Counted from the first letter of the stretch, positions 1-11,191 are shown. The stretch: 64,000 nt of DNA from Gammaproteobacteria bacterium (GCA_963422205.2 CAXMWX010000005.1:576001-640000); one strand, 5' to 3'. Numbers and translations are program-made. The notes: generated by a model from the sequence alone, not told the origin.

Positions 1-427
1 TAAAGATGAGATCTTGTCGGTCAGCCAGTGCAGTTCATGCACGATTACCGATCCTCTAAACGATAACAATCGTGCCCTGATTAACGGCAACCCCTTCCAG
101 CATGCCCCGCTGTGGACGGCCAATATTGAGTTGGACTATCGCCACCCGCTCTCTGGCGATGGCGAGTTGTATCTGTTCACGGACTGGAAGTTCAAGGGCG
201 AGACCAACGACTTTCTCTACGAGAGTATTGAATACATCACCGATACCCAGTTCGAAGGCGGCTTGCGGGCAGGTTATCGCAATGTCACCCACAACTATGA
301 GATCGGTTTTTTCATCCGCAATATTACCGATGAGGACAACCTCATCGGCGGTATCGACTTCAACAACAACACCGGCTATGTCAATGAACCACGGGTGTGG
401 GGAGTGGAAGCGGCTTACCGTTTTTAG
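1..427 (+). CDS. TonB-dependent receptor, C-terminal part (runs off the left edge)
   Basis: Beta-strand pattern, NITDE..(N-loop)..PRVWGVEAAYRF tail with terminal Phe typical of outer-membrane TBDRs. Confidence 0.8.
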   Translation, partial: KDEILSVSQCSSCTITDPLNDNNRALINGNPFQHAPLWTANIELDYRHPLSGDGELYLFTDWKFKGETNDFLYESIEYITDTQFEGGLRAGYRNVTHNYEIGFFIRNITDEDNLIGGIDFNNNTGYVNEPRVWGVEAAYRF

Positions 428-579
428 GCCAACGGGCGGTGCCACAAGCTGGCGATAACCGATTGCCTCTGGCGCTTGTCCCTGTCCATACGGCACCAAA
501 GGCCGCCGCCCCATAGCCTGATGCCCGCCGATGATTGCAGCGTTGCCGCCGATGATTGCAGCGTTGTTTTAAGAGACCG

Positions 580-2163
580 ATGAGCAGGGTGAACAGACGC
601 GATTTTCTCCGTAATGCGATCCTAGGGCTGGGCAGTGCGCCGCTGGCCGGTGCGCTTGCCGCTGACATGCCCTCATCCAACCCGTTCACGCTGGGGATCG
701 CCTCAGGTGATGTCACGAGCAACTCGGCCGTTTTATGGACCCGGCTGGCGCCTCAGCCCTTGAGGGCAGATGGCGGTATGCCCGCCGTCAATATTCCGAT
801 CAGCTGGGAATTGTCACTGGATGCGAACATGTCCCGCATTGTCCGGCGCGGGGAAGCACAGGCCGGGCCAGCACTGGCCCACTCGGTGCATATCGAACTT
901 GAGGATCTGACGCCTGATCGGGCGTACTGGTATCGCTTCGCTACGGCAAAACACCTATCGCCAACAGGCAGAACCAAAACACTGCCGGGCATGGACGGCC
1001 TGCCGCGTGCTGCCCGCTTTATCACCGCCTCTTGCCAGAACTACACGCATGGTTACTTCATCGCCTATGCACATATACTTGCCGAGCGACCGGATTTCAT
1101 CATTCACCTGGGCGATTATATTTATGATACCGCCTATGGAGAGACATTCAGGCAGCACGACAGCGAGCAACCCCCGGTCACGCTGGCTGACTTCCGGCGA
1201 CGGCATGCGCTGTACAAAACCGATCCATACCTCAAGCACGCCCATGCACAACTGCCCTTCTTCGTCACCATCGACAACCATGATGCGGTGGAAGACAACC
1301 ATCCAGATACCTTCAAGCGGCGTACCGCCGCCTATCAGGCATGGTATGAGCACATGCCCGTATCCGGCTACCGCCTGGCCGGTCAACACGCTATCGATAT
1401 GCACCGGCGCATCCAGTTTGGCGAGCTGCTCACGATCAGCCTGTTGGATCCCCGGCAATTTCGCGATCAGAAAAATCTCTGCCCTGATAACCCGTACCCG
1501 GAGTATGGTTTCGGCAATTACCGTGAGCGATGCAAGGAGGTATTCGCCGAAGACAGAACCATGCTGGGCGCGGTGCAGGAGCAATGGCTGGCCGACAACC
1601 TCATCCACAACGAAGCGGCCTGGAATGTGATCGCCTCTGCCAGCCCCGTCTCAAGTTTTGAGTACCATCTGGACGGCAAAAAACTGCACTATACAGGTGC
1701 CTGGGATTTCTATCCTGCAAACCGGCAGCGCATTAAGCAGGCGCTCAGCCAGGCCAGGATAGGGCATCCCGTTATCCTAAGCGGCGATCTGCATTCCTTC
1801 TGGGCGATCAGGGATGCGCTTTGTATGCAGCAGGATAAGCACCTGCCAGTGACAGAGTTCGTTACCTCATCCATCACGGCTAACTGGCCGGAGCCGCTGG
1901 CAAGACCCGTGACGGATAATCTGCCGCACAATCCCCATGTCGCATTTTATGCGCCGGATAAACGAGGATACTTGCTGCATGAAGTGAACCAGACCACCTG
2001 GAAAACCACCGCCCGCGCAATACAGGATGTGAGAGATAGACACTCGCCCGCATTCAATCTGGCCAGCTTCCTGGTGGAGAACGGAAAACCCGGTTTTACA
2101 CGAATTTATCAAGACGTGCCTGGAGTTCAGGGCAGCACAGATTTTTCGAATTTGTACGCATGA
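580..2163 (+). CDS. phoD: Alkaline phosphatase D family, Tat-exported
   Basis: Twin-arginine motif NRRDFL; [31 protein letters not shown] motifs; start taken at ATG 580. Confidence 0.9.
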   Translation: MSRVNRRDFLRNAILGLGSAPLAGALAADMPSSNPFTLGIASGDVTSNSAVLWTRLAPQPLRADGGMPAVNIPISWELSLDANMSRIVRRGEAQAGPALAHSVHIELEDLTPDRAYWYRFATAKHLSPTGRTKTLPGMDGLPRAARFITASCQNYTHGYFIAYAHILAERPDFIIHLGDYIYDTAYGETFRQHDSEQPPVTLADFRRRHALYKTDPYLKHAHAQLPFFVTIDNHDAVEDNHPDTFKRRTAAYQAWYEHMPVSGYRLAGQHAIDMHRRIQFGELLTISLLDPRQFRDQKNLCPDNPYPEYGFGNYRERCKEVFAEDRTMLGAVQEQWLADNLIHNEAAWNVIASASPVSSFEYHLDGKKLHYTGAWDFYPANRQRIKQALSQARIGHPVILSGDLHSFWAIRDALCMQQDKHLPVTEFVTSSITANWPEPLARPVTDNLPHNPHVAFYAPDKRGYLLHEVNQTTWKTTARAIQDVRDRHSPAFNLASFLVENGKPGFTRIYQDVPGVQGSTDFSNLYA

Positions 2164-2873
2164 CGACAAAACACATCAATGCCAGGTTCGGTGATTTTGC
2201 CGAGACCATCATCCTGCCCGGTGATCCGCTGCGTGCGAAACACATTGCCGAGACCCACCTGCAAGCCGCCAGACAGGTGAGCGATGTGCGTAACATGCTC
2301 GGCTTTACCGGCACATACAAAGGCAAGCCCGTCTCGGTCATGGGCTCTGGCATGGGCATTCCTTCGGCATCAATTTACTGCACCGAGCTGATCAACCATT
2401 ACGGGGTAAAACAGATTATCCGTGCCGGTAGCTGTGGCAGTGTTCTGCCTCAGGTAAAATTGCGTGATATCGTCATCGGCATGGGCGCATGTACGGATTC
2501 CAACGTGAATCGCCTGCGTTTTAAGGGCTATGATTTTGCTGCCCTGGCCGATTATGATCTGCTGCATCATGCTGTAGCAACAGCCAAGGCAAGGCAACTC
2601 GCTGTCCATGTCGGTAATATTTTCTCGGCCGATTTGTTTTACACGCCGGATGCGGACATGTTCAAGGTCATGGCAAAATACACGATCCTCGGCGTGGAGA
2701 TGGAAGCGGCCGGGATCTATGGCCTGGCGGCGGAGTTTGGCGCCCGGGCATTGGCGCTCTGCACAGTCAGTGATCACATCAGCGATGGCACCGCACTGTC
2801 TGCCAAAGAAAGGCAACTCAGCTTTGATGAGATGATCGAATTGGCCATGGAGACCGCCCACATCAGCACGTGA
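2160..2873 (+). CDS. deoD: Purine nucleoside phosphorylase
   Basis: [45 protein letters not shown] motifs; ATGA overlap with phoD. Confidence 0.95.
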   Translation: MTTKHINARFGDFAETIILPGDPLRAKHIAETHLQAARQVSDVRNMLGFTGTYKGKPVSVMGSGMGIPSASIYCTELINHYGVKQIIRAGSCGSVLPQVKLRDIVIGMGACTDSNVNRLRFKGYDFAALADYDLLHHAVATAKARQLAVHVGNIFSADLFYTPDADMFKVMAKYTILGVEMEAAGIYGLAAEFGARALALCTVSDHISDGTALSAKERQLSFDEMIELAMETAHIST

Positions 2874-2956
2874 CTAGGGCGTTCTAAAAATGAGGCGTGG
2901 CTGACACAAAAAGTGAGGCGATACTTATCGTCATTTTCAACCGCTGTATTGGCTGC

Positions 2957-3646
2957 TCAATACCCATCGCCATGTCTATCACCGGCATCCTGCATGGCAG
3001 CACCGACGATAAGCAAACCGGCGCTGGTGCCCAGGCGATTGGCACCGGCGGCTACCATGGCACAAGCCGTCTCATAGCTACGGATCCCGCCACTGGCCTT
3101 CACGCCAATCTCAGCACCCACGGTGGCACGCATCAGCCTGACATCGTCCAGCGTTGCACCACCGGTAGAGAAACCGGTAGAGGTCTTGACAAAAGCCGCC
3201 CCGGCCGCCACCGCCGCCTTGCAAGCGATGACTTTCTCCTCAATATTTAACAGACAGGTCTCCAGAATCACCTTGACCAACCGGCCCCGGGCAGCCGCCA
3301 CCACAGCGGCCACGTCTGTGTGCAGAAAATCATACTGACCGGATTTTAACGCGGCAACATTCAATACCATGTCCAGCTCATCGGCGCCTTGCTCAACCGC
3401 AATGCGGGCCTCCCTTGCCTTTGCCTCGGCAGCATGTGCGCCCAACGGGAAACCGATCACCGTGCACAGCTTGACAGCAGAATGCCGTAATTGCTCGGCT
3501 GCCACCGGGACATAAAAAGGCAACACACAGACCGAGCAGAAATTCTCCTGGCGGGCTTCGGCACAAAGCTGTGCTACCTGCTCTGCTGTGCTCTCAGGCT
3601 TGAGTAACGTATGGTCGATCAAACCGGCCAATGCCTGGCGCTGCAT
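2957..3646 (-). CDS. deoC: Deoxyribose-phosphate aldolase
   Basis: IDHTLLKP, VIGFPLG, KVILET, FVKTSTGF, GVKASGGIR, RLGTS. Confidence 0.95.
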   Translation of the reverse strand: MQRQALAGLIDHTLLKPESTAEQVAQLCAEARQENFCSVCVLPFYVPVAAEQLRHSAVKLCTVIGFPLGAHAAEAKAREARIAVEQGADELDMVLNVAALKSGQYDFLHTDVAAVVAAARGRLVKVILETCLLNIEEKVIACKAAVAAGAAFVKTSTGFSTGGATLDDVRLMRATVGAEIGVKASGGIRSYETACAMVAAGANRLGTSAGLLIVGAAMQDAGDRHGDGY

Positions 3647-3667
3647 CAACTGAACCCGCCGCTCTCG

Positions 3668-4600
3668 CTAATAGCCGTAACCGAAATTTTCCTTGAAGCG
3701 TTCGGCAAACGCTTCTCGGCTGATGGTGTGGTTCTGGGTGCCACAGGTTTCGATCTTGACCGCCGCAATCAAGGCCGCAATCCGGCCGGTCGTCTCCCAG
3801 CCGAGGCCCTGCATCAGGCCGCATAACAGGCCCGCCCGGTAAGCATCGCCGCAGCCGGTCGGGTCTTTTATCTCACTGATCCTGGCCGCAGGTATGTCAA
3901 ACGTTTTCTCTTGCGTGTAGATAGATGAGCCTTGCCCGCCCCTGGTCACGATAAGCGCCTCCACATAGCGAAGGATGGTCTCTGCATTGAGCGCAGTCTT
4001 GTCTTTGACCAACTGCCATTCATAATCATTAAAGACCAGCCAGGTCGCCTGCCTGAACGCATGCAGCAACTCCTGTTTGCATAATACCGTCACGTTCTGG
4101 CCAGGATCAAAGAAACAGGGAATCCCGGCCGCCGCAAACTGCTCAACATGCTGCAACATGCCTGCTTTGCCATCGGGTGCAACAATGCCTATGCTGATGC
4201 CGGTTGCATCGGCGATGTGATTCTCATGTGCATAGGCCATCGCCCCCAGTTGAAATGAGGTGATCTGGTTATCGTCCAGATCGGTGGTAATAAAACACTG
4301 GGCAGTGAAGGTGTTATCAATCAGCTTGATATGACGGCTGTCCACGCCCAGTGAATCCAGATGTTTTTTATAGCTGTCAAAATCCATGCCGGCCGTGCTC
4401 ATGGGAATACCATCTGCATTGAGTAATTTCATATTGTAGATGATATTACCGGCACACCCGCCGAACTCGCGCCGCATCTCCGGCACCACAAAACAGACAT
4501 TTAATATATGGATTTTATCCGGCAGGATATGATTTTTGAAATGATCCGGGAAGACCATAATATGGTCATACGCCATCGAACCACACACGAGCGCTGTCAT
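3668..4600 (-). CDS. PfkB-family carbohydrate kinase, adenosine kinase-like
   Basis: GSMAYD, FGGCAGNI, FDPGQ, DPTGCGDAYRAG PfkB signature. Confidence 0.85.
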   Translation of the reverse strand: MTALVCGSMAYDHIMVFPDHFKNHILPDKIHILNVCFVVPEMRREFGGCAGNIIYNMKLLNADGIPMSTAGMDFDSYKKHLDSLGVDSRHIKLIDNTFTAQCFITTDLDDNQITSFQLGAMAYAHENHIADATGISIGIVAPDGKAGMLQHVEQFAAAGIPCFFDPGQNVTVLCKQELLHAFRQATWLVFNDYEWQLVKDKTALNAETILRYVEALIVTRGGQGSSIYTQEKTFDIPAARISEIKDPTGCGDAYRAGLLCGLMQGLGWETTGRIAALIAAVKIETCGTQNHTISREAFAERFKENFGYGY

Positions 4601-4750
4601 AGATATTCCTTATAGAGAAGCGATTCTAAGAATACGGCAAAGATTAGCAGATGATATTATTCCCAATGATATTCATCAAACCGTCATACTGCCCTGCTAT
4701 TTTACACCGATGACGCATTTGTTTGTACTTTAGCCTTGCACAGGAACACC

Positions 4751-5353
4751 ATGCCGGAAGAGAAAATGAAAATCTGCGTGTTCTGCGGCTCCAGCGTTGG
4801 CAGCAGGCAGGCATATACCGAGGCTGCTAAAGCATTGGCGCAAGAACTGGTGCAACGCGATATTGAGCTCGTCTATGGGGGCGGCGATGTCGGCCTGATG
4901 GGTGTGCTGGCAAACAGCGTGATGGCCGCCGGTGGGCGGGTGATCGGCATCATGCCAAAATTCCTCGCTGACAAGGAGCTGGCGAGCAACGAGATAACCG
5001 AGTTACGCATCGTCAATTCCATGCACCAGCGCAAGGCGATGATGTCTGAATTGGCCAACGGCTTTATTGCCTTGCCGGGCGGTCTTGGCACCTTCGAGGA
5101 GTTATTTGAAGTGCTGACCTGGCAACAACTGGGCATTCAACACAAACCCTGCGCCTTGCTCAATATCTGTGATTACTATGCGGTACTGCTGCAATTAATG
5201 GTGCAGGCAGTCGCCGAGGGATTTATCAGAACCGAACATAAAGATATGCTCATCGTTGGCGCCACACCGGCTGAGGTGCTGGATAAATTATCTGCCTATC
5301 AACACCGGCACATCGAGAAGTGGACTGATCGGGATGTTCAGGTGCAAATCTGA
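4751..5353 (+). CDS. LOG-family nucleotide 5'-monophosphate phosphoribohydrolase
   Basis: ICVFCGSS, VYGGGDVGLMG, MHQRK, PGGLGTFEE motifs. Confidence 0.9.
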   Translation: MPEEKMKICVFCGSSVGSRQAYTEAAKALAQELVQRDIELVYGGGDVGLMGVLANSVMAAGGRVIGIMPKFLADKELASNEITELRIVNSMHQRKAMMSELANGFIALPGGLGTFEELFEVLTWQQLGIQHKPCALLNICDYYAVLLQLMVQAVAEGFIRTEHKDMLIVGATPAEVLDKLSAYQHRHIEKWTDRDVQVQI

Positions 5354-5465
5354 TAAGATGACTGACTGGTGAGCATGACCATAGCCCCTTAAGTATAAAT
5401 TCCGCTTGCCTGCCTGGCTTACAATGCTACTATGCACCCCCGTAGCCTTGGTGTAGCAAGGCTTT

Positions 5466-5550
5466 CCTAAGGGGTGGCCGTTGCGGCCTGAGATGTCTTG
5501 ATGACGAACCCTGTGAACCTGATCCGGATCATACCGGCGTAGGGATAGGC
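5466..5550 (+). ncRNA. TPP (THI-box) riboswitch
   Basis: GGGGTG..CTGAGA..ACCCTGTGAACCTGATCCGGATCATACCGGCGTAGGGA matches the TPP aptamer core; directly upstream of thiamine salvage genes. Confidence 0.92.
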
Positions 5551-5620
5551 TTGGCGTTTCTGTTGTTTCCCCCCTGCCTCATCCGGGTCTCTTGCGGCAA
5601 ACCGCACAAGGAGGCTTGAT

Positions 5621-7741
5621 ATGTTGTTACAGTTATCGAACCGACTGGTTGCCACCGCCATGGCCCTATCCAGTATAGCCGCACCCGCCGCTAATGAAAT
5701 TGCCGCCAATGAAATTGAAGAAATCATCGTAACCGCAGGCTTTCGTCCATCTAAACTCATGCAGAGCACGGGCAGCATCAGTGTGCTGGATGAGATGCAG
5801 ATTTCTGATCGGGCGGCCTGGCAGATCACCGACATCCTGGGTACCCTGCCGAATGTCAATTACTCCTCGGCCGGTTCCCGAGCCAGGTTTATCCAGATGC
5901 GCGGCATCGGGGATATCGAGCAGTTTGTGGATCCCAAACACTATCCCTCCGTGGGTGTTTTAATTGACACCATGGAAGTCGGTACCACCGCCAATGGGGC
6001 AGTCTTGTCTGATGTGGCGCAGGTGGAAGTTTTGCGCGGCCCGCAGGGAACGCAATTCGGCGCCAATGCCCTGGCCGGCATCATCAACATACAGACACAG
6101 GATCCGGGCGAGAGATTCAACGGCACGGTCAGGGCCGGCTATGGCAATCGTGGTCACCGGCTGGTCAATGCCGTTGCCGGCGGGCCGCTGACAGAGACGT
6201 TCGGTGGTCGGCTTGCCGTGCAACGGCTGCAAAGCGATGGCTTTATCCATAATGCCTTCCTCAATGCTGAGGATACCAACGCCATTGACGAGACATCCCT
6301 GCATGGCAAGCTCATCTGGCGAGGTAAGGATGATAATGAAGTCCGGCTGACCGCCATGTATCTTGATCTCGATAACGGTTATGATGCGTTTTCACTGGAT
6401 AACAGCCGCACGACTGTGACCGATGCCCCGGGCCGGGATGCACAACACACCCGGGCGCTGGCAGTGCAGAGCCGGTGGGCTATCCGGGGTAACAGCCGGC
6501 TTGAAACACAGCTTGGCTGGAGTGGCCATGATGAGGTCTATGGGTATGATGAGGATTGGGTGTTTGCCGGTTTTTGTCGTGATCTCTCATGCCCGTCCGG
6601 CGAGTTTAGCGGCACGGATACCATACGCCGAACCCGTGATGTGTATACTTTTGACAGCCGCATTCAGTCCGAATCATCTGCAACTACCAGCGTGGCCGGG
6701 GTGTATGCACAAGCCAGAAATGAAGCTTTGGCCAGAGAACACGCCGGAACATTCAGCAGCACCTATGACACCCGGCGCTATGCACTCTACGGCCAGCTTG
6801 ATTATGTGTTTGCGCCAGCGCTCACTCTCACCACCGGGCTCCGGGTTGAGCATTTTCGCGATGCCTACAGCGACAGCCGGCGGCTGGATACCCGCTCCAG
6901 CGCCACCTACTGGAGCGGTGCGATCACATTGGCCTACCGCCCTTTAGAGAACACCTTGCTGTATGCCACCTTATCCCGTGGCGTCAAGCCCGGCGGAGTC
7001 AACACCGATGCCCGCTCCCGTCAACCGGCTATCTCGGCCAGCTTTACGCCCTTTCTTACCGAGCGTTTGCAATTTAATGCCGAGAGCCTGCTGAACAAGG
7101 AGTTGGGAGTCAAAGGCGATTATCTTAAACAACGCCTCCGCCTGCGGCTGTCCCTGTTTCATACAGACCGCCATAACGCCCAACTGGAGAGCTGGGTATG
7201 GGATGCGACAAATTTTATCTGGAGCGGCCTGCTGGACAGTACCAGCGATGCACAGAATTATGGTGCTGAACTGGCGCTTGACTACCGGCTTGCTGAGGGT
7301 ATTTCAACGTTTGCCAATATGGGCTATCTTAAAACCCGTGTGGATGCGCTGACAACATTCGATCTGGACAGCGGACAGTTTGTTATCAGCACAGGCCGGG
7401 AGCAGGCCAAATCCCCTAACTGGCAATACAATGCCGGGCTTGAGTTTACTCTGTGGGGCGGGCTGCAAGGCCGGGTTGAGGTAGAAGGCCAGGACAGCAG
7501 CTTTTTTGGCTACTACCACGATGGCCGGCTGGATTCTTTCACCCTCGCCCATGCCAGCCTCAGCTATCCGCTGGGCAATCTCCGTATCCAGACCTGGATC
7601 AAAAACCTGTTCGATAAGGATTACACCATCCATGGTTTGTATTTTGCCAATGATCCGCGTGATGGCTTCACCAGGAATCGATCCTATTTTCAACTTGGCG
7701 AAGCACGCCGCTATGGCGTTACCATCAGTTACCGTTTTTAA
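5621..7741 (+). CDS. TonB-dependent receptor, probably for thiamine
   Basis: TonB box EEIIVTA, VEVLRGPQGT plug motif, terminal YRF; follows TPP riboswitch. Confidence 0.88.
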   Translation: MLLQLSNRLVATAMALSSIAAPAANEIAANEIEEIIVTAGFRPSKLMQSTGSISVLDEMQISDRAAWQITDILGTLPNVNYSSAGSRARFIQMRGIGDIEQFVDPKHYPSVGVLIDTMEVGTTANGAVLSDVAQVEVLRGPQGTQFGANALAGIINIQTQDPGERFNGTVRAGYGNRGHRLVNAVAGGPLTETFGGRLAVQRLQSDGFIHNAFLNAEDTNAIDETSLHGKLIWRGKDDNEVRLTAMYLDLDNGYDAFSLDNSRTTVTDAPGRDAQHTRALAVQSRWAIRGNSRLETQLGWSGHDEVYGYDEDWVFAGFCRDLSCPSGEFSGTDTIRRTRDVYTFDSRIQSESSATTSVAGVYAQARNEALAREHAGTFSSTYDTRRYALYGQLDYVFAPALTLTTGLRVEHFRDAYSDSRRLDTRSSATYWSGAITLAYRPLENTLLYATLSRGVKPGGVNTDARSRQPAISASFTPFLTERLQFNAESLLNKELGVKGDYLKQRLRLRLSLFHTDRHNAQLESWVWDATNFIWSGLLDSTSDAQNYGAELALDYRLAEGISTFANMGYLKTRVDALTTFDLDSGQFVISTGREQAKSPNWQYNAGLEFTLWGGLQGRVEVEGQDSSFFGYYHDGRLDSFTLAHASLSYPLGNLRIQTWIKNLFDKDYTIHGLYFANDPRDGFTRNRSYFQLGEARRYGVTISYRF

Positions 7742-7774
7742 TCAGGCCAACGGATAGATCAGAGGAGGCAGACG

Positions 7775-8032
7775 ATGAGGATGACCGCCGAAATCAGCAT
7801 GTATCCATTATGCGAAGACCTTATCCCGAAAATTGATGCGGTGATAGCGAAGTTGAACACCTATGCCGAGATTGACGTGCACACCTTTACTACAGCAACG
7901 ACCCTGACTGGCGAGTATGAAGCCGTGATGGCGGCCATCAGCGAGACCATCGCCTGGAGTTATGCAGAACACGGCAAGGCCGTCTTTGTCACCAAGTTCA
8001 TTCCCGGCTATGCCCCTGGTGAGCATGTCTGA
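7775..8032 (+). CDS. YkoF/MTH1187-type thiamine/HMP-binding protein
   Basis: AEISMYPL and TTLTGEYEAVM pattern, 85 aa, inside TPP-regulated operon. Confidence 0.75.
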   Translation: MRMTAEISMYPLCEDLIPKIDAVIAKLNTYAEIDVHTFTTATTLTGEYEAVMAAISETIAWSYAEHGKAVFVTKFIPGYAPGEHV

Positions 8033-8648
8033 GCTGTGGCTGGCCCTGGGCGCCATGGCAAGCCAGACCTATTGGGAAAGTGCCGCCGTGCTGCTTGCCA
8101 TCGCCTATCTGCTGTTAGCGGCACGAGCGAGCAGCCTGTGCTGGTATTGTGCGCTGTTCAGCACGGCAATTTATACTGTCCTCCTCTGGCATGTCAGCCT
8201 GCCAATGGAATCGGCCTTGAACGTCTATTACATGGCGATGGCGGTCTATGGCTGGTATCAGTGGCGCCACGGTGGGCAGCAAAACACCGGCGTGCGGATT
8301 CACACCTTCACCGGCAGGCAACATATAAGCATTGTGACAGGGGTGCTGGTGTTGACCGTCATCTCCGGTTATCTGTTAAGTCAGCATACCCGGGCGGCAT
8401 GGCCTTATGTGGATTCTTTTACGACCTGGGCGAGCGTTGTGACCACGGTGATGGTGGCGAGAAAAATCCTGGAGAACTGGTTGTACTGGCTGGTGATCGA
8501 CAGCCTGTCCATACCGCTGTACCTTGAGCGGGGGCTATATCAGACGGCCTTGTTATTTGTTATCTACCTGTTTATTGTCGCCTATGGTTATGCCACCTGG
8601 CGCCGACTGTATCGGCAGCAGCCTGCCCTGGCCCCTCATGCAGGCTGA
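8025..8648 (+). CDS. pnuC: PnuC-family transporter (PnuT, thiamine)
   Basis: Multi-TM; YGWYQW, PYVDSFTT, ARKILENWLYWLVID motifs. Confidence 0.88.
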   Translation: MSELWLALGAMASQTYWESAAVLLAIAYLLLAARASSLCWYCALFSTAIYTVLLWHVSLPMESALNVYYMAMAVYGWYQWRHGGQQNTGVRIHTFTGRQHISIVTGVLVLTVISGYLLSQHTRAAWPYVDSFTTWASVVTTVMVARKILENWLYWLVIDSLSIPLYLERGLYQTALLFVIYLFIVAYGYATWRRLYRQQPALAPHAG

Positions 8649-9426
8649 ATTGACCGCGCTTTTCTCTGCCGGACAACTACCGTTTGCGAATCCGCCAGAA
8701 CTGCTCCGGCAATTAAGGGCCGGACGAAGCAACACAACATGGCTGATTAAGGCCGATGCTGAGTATTATATCGCCCAGGATAAAACCGCCAGCGCGCGCT
8801 GCCCCGGCGTTGAACCTCAGCGTGAACAACACATCATGCAGCAAGCCAGCCAGTGCGGCCTGGCCCCGGCGGTTGTCTATTATTCCCCGGAACGGCATAT
8901 TCTCATCACTGAATATATGGCCGGTCGGCACTGGCAACGAAGCGATGCGAAGAACAAGAGGCTGCTTGAGCGGCTGCTGCACGCCATTCAGCAACTGCAG
9001 GCGCTTGATTCCGGCTGGCCAGCGCTGGATTATGCTGCTCATATTGATGCGTATTTTAATCAGCTTCAGCAACACCCAAGCCCGCTATTGGTGCAACAAC
9101 AGCAGGCGGTGTCAGCCGAGTTGGCTCAGCTTGACTACCCGGCCGTGCTCTCACACCATGACTTAAATGCAGGCAATATCCTGCTGACCGACACCGGGCT
9201 GGTCTTTCTGGATTGGGAATATGCCGCCCCCGGCTGGTCATTATTTGATCTGGCGACTGTCATGGTCGAGTGCGGTGTCTCTGTAATGCAGCTGACCGAG
9301 CGCTTTGATGTTGACCGACAGCAACTGCAATCAGCCCGGCGCCTCTACAGTCATCTGTGCGATCTCTGGCGGCATGTCTGCCCTTCCCGCCTCACGCCAC
9401 CGGGCGCAGGAGCAAGAAGGGCATAA
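8638..9426 (+). CDS. Choline/thiamine kinase-like phosphotransferase (APH fold)
   Basis: GRSN, Brenner motif HHDLNAGNIL, DWEYA, FDLA; coupled to pnuC. Confidence 0.8.
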   Translation: MQAELTALFSAGQLPFANPPELLRQLRAGRSNTTWLIKADAEYYIAQDKTASARCPGVEPQREQHIMQQASQCGLAPAVVYYSPERHILITEYMAGRHWQRSDAKNKRLLERLLHAIQQLQALDSGWPALDYAAHIDAYFNQLQQHPSPLLVQQQQAVSAELAQLDYPAVLSHHDLNAGNILLTDTGLVFLDWEYAAPGWSLFDLATVMVECGVSVMQLTERFDVDRQQLQSARRLYSHLCDLWRHVCPSRLTPPGAGARRA

Positions 9427-9443
9427 GTGCATGAATCTCTCAC

Positions 9444-9914
9444 TCATGAATCTCTTAGGGGTAACTGCGTTTTTTTCGTCACCGGCCGAAGGGCAAAACT
9501 GGAGCGCACCCGGGATACCCCCGGCAGACAGGTCAGATGTTCATGATGAATACGCTCATAATCAGCCGCATCCGCCACAATAACACGCAGCAGATAATCG
9601 TAATCACCCGACATCAGATAACATTCCATCACTTCCGGCACAGCCACCACCGCCAGTTCAAATTCATCCAGATATTGACGTTGCTGCTGGTTTAAGGTGA
9701 TTTCGACAAACACATTCCCCGGCAGGCCGACTGCCGCCTGGTTGACCAGCATGACATAGCGCTCAACTACCCCCGCTTCGCTGAGCAATTTAACCCGTCT
9801 GAGGCAGGCAGACTCCGACAGATTAACCCGCCCGGCCAGGGCGACATTGCTCAGCCGGCCGTCCAGTTGCAGCGCAGACAATATCGCACGATCAATCTTG
9901 TCTACTGTAAACAT
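9444..9914 (-). CDS. Lrp/AsnC regulator (AldR-like), divergent from ald
   Basis: DKIDRAIL..DGRLSNVALAGRVNLSESACLRRVK HTH; ECYLMSGDYDYLL. Confidence 0.9.
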   Translation of the reverse strand: MFTVDKIDRAILSALQLDGRLSNVALAGRVNLSESACLRRVKLLSEAGVVERYVMLVNQAAVGLPGNVFVEITLNQQQRQYLDEFELAVVAVPEVMECYLMSGDYDYLLRVIVADAADYERIHHEHLTCLPGVSRVRSSFALRPVTKKTQLPLRDS

Positions 9915-10072
9915 GAGAGGATAATGCGTTTTATTTTCATAAAAGCGAATAAATATTCAGTTTGACAAGCTGATTATAGTCTTTTTTGCAAGACTATTTT
10001 TATCCAGATTAATTATTATTTGATTTAACTGTAGCCGCCTTGTTTTAAGGGGGCATTTTTAAGGGGCCAAAT

Positions 10073-11191
10073 ATGCTGATCGGCACGCCGAAGGAGATTA
10101 AAAATCATGAGTACCGAGTTGGCCTGACCCCGGCCAGCGTCAAGGAATTGGCTCATCATGGTCATGAGGTGTTAATTGAAACCCAGGCGGGCGCCGGCAT
10201 TGGCATGAGTGATGATGACTATCGGCGGGCGGGCGCCAGCATAGTAGACAGTGCAAAGGCCGTCTTCTCCCAGGCGGAGATGGTGGTCAAGGTCAAAGAG
10301 CCACAGCCTGATGAGTGTCGGCAATTACGCCGTGGGCAAGTGCTGTTTACCTATCTGCATCTCGCCCCTGATCCTCGGCAAACCGAATTGTTACTGGCCT
10401 CTGGCGTCACCGCCATCGCCTATGAAACCGTGACCGCCAGCGATAGCAGCCTGCCGTTGCTGGCACCGATGAGTGCGGTGGCCGGGCGGCTATCGGTTCA
10501 GGTCGGCGCCCATTGTCTGGAAAAAGCCCAGGGCGGGGCGGGGGTGTTGTTGGGCGGCGTGCCGGGGGTAGAGCCGGCCCGGGTGTTGGTCATCGGCGGC
10601 GGCGTGGCCGGTGAGAATGCCGCCGCTATGGCCTTGGGCATGGGGGCCGATGTGACCATATTGGATCGCTCATTAGCCCGCCTGCATCAGTTGGACTCTC
10701 ACTATAACCGCCGTGTTGACTGTATTTTTTCCACCGCCGAGGCCATCGAGGCACACGCCTTGCAGGCCGATCTCATCATCGGTGCCGTGTTGATCCCGGG
10801 CGCCACGGCGCCGAAATTATTGACCCGGGAGTTGATCAAAAAGATGAGACAAGGGGCGGTCGTTGTGGATATCGCCATCGATCAGGGCGGCTGTTTTGAA
10901 ACCTCCCGGGCGACCACCCACCAGCAGCCAACCTATATCATCGATGGCGTTGTACACTATTGTGTGGCAAACATGCCGGGCGCCGTGCCACGCACCTCAA
11001 CATTTGCGCTGAATAATGCCACCTTGCCGTTCACCCTTGCACTGGCAAACAAAGGCATTAAGCAGGCGCTGCGGGATGATCCGTTTTTGTGTCGTGGCCT
11101 GAATATTCATCACGGCAATATCACCCACGAGGCCGTGGCCACTGATCTGGCCTATGACTATACGCCGGCATTACAGGCGATTGCATCCTGA
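10073..11191 (+). CDS. ald: Alanine dehydrogenase
   Basis: PKEIKNHEYRVG, KVKEP, FTYLHLA, DIAIDQGGCFETS, HYCVANMPGAVPRTST. Confidence 0.96.
   Translation: MLIGTPKEIKNHEYRVGLTPASVKELAHHGHEVLIETQAGAGIGMSDDDYRRAGASIVDSAKAVFSQAEMVVKVKEPQPDECRQLRRGQVLFTYLHLAPDPRQTELLLASGVTAIAYETVTASDSSLPLLAPMSAVAGRLSVQVGAHCLEKAQGGAGVLLGGVPGVEPARVLVIGGGVAGENAAAMALGMGADVTILDRSLARLHQLDSHYNRRVDCIFSTAEAIEAHALQADLIIGAVLIPGATAPKLLTRELIKKMRQGAVVVDIAIDQGGCFETSRATTHQQPTYIIDGVVHYCVANMPGAVPRTSTFALNNATLPFTLALANKGIKQALRDDPFLCRGLNIHHGNITHEAVATDLAYDYTPALQAIAS

Noticed and set aside
2875-2950. Possible MITE between deoD and deoC
   Set aside because: The inverted ends are short and imperfect, with no second copy or target duplication seen
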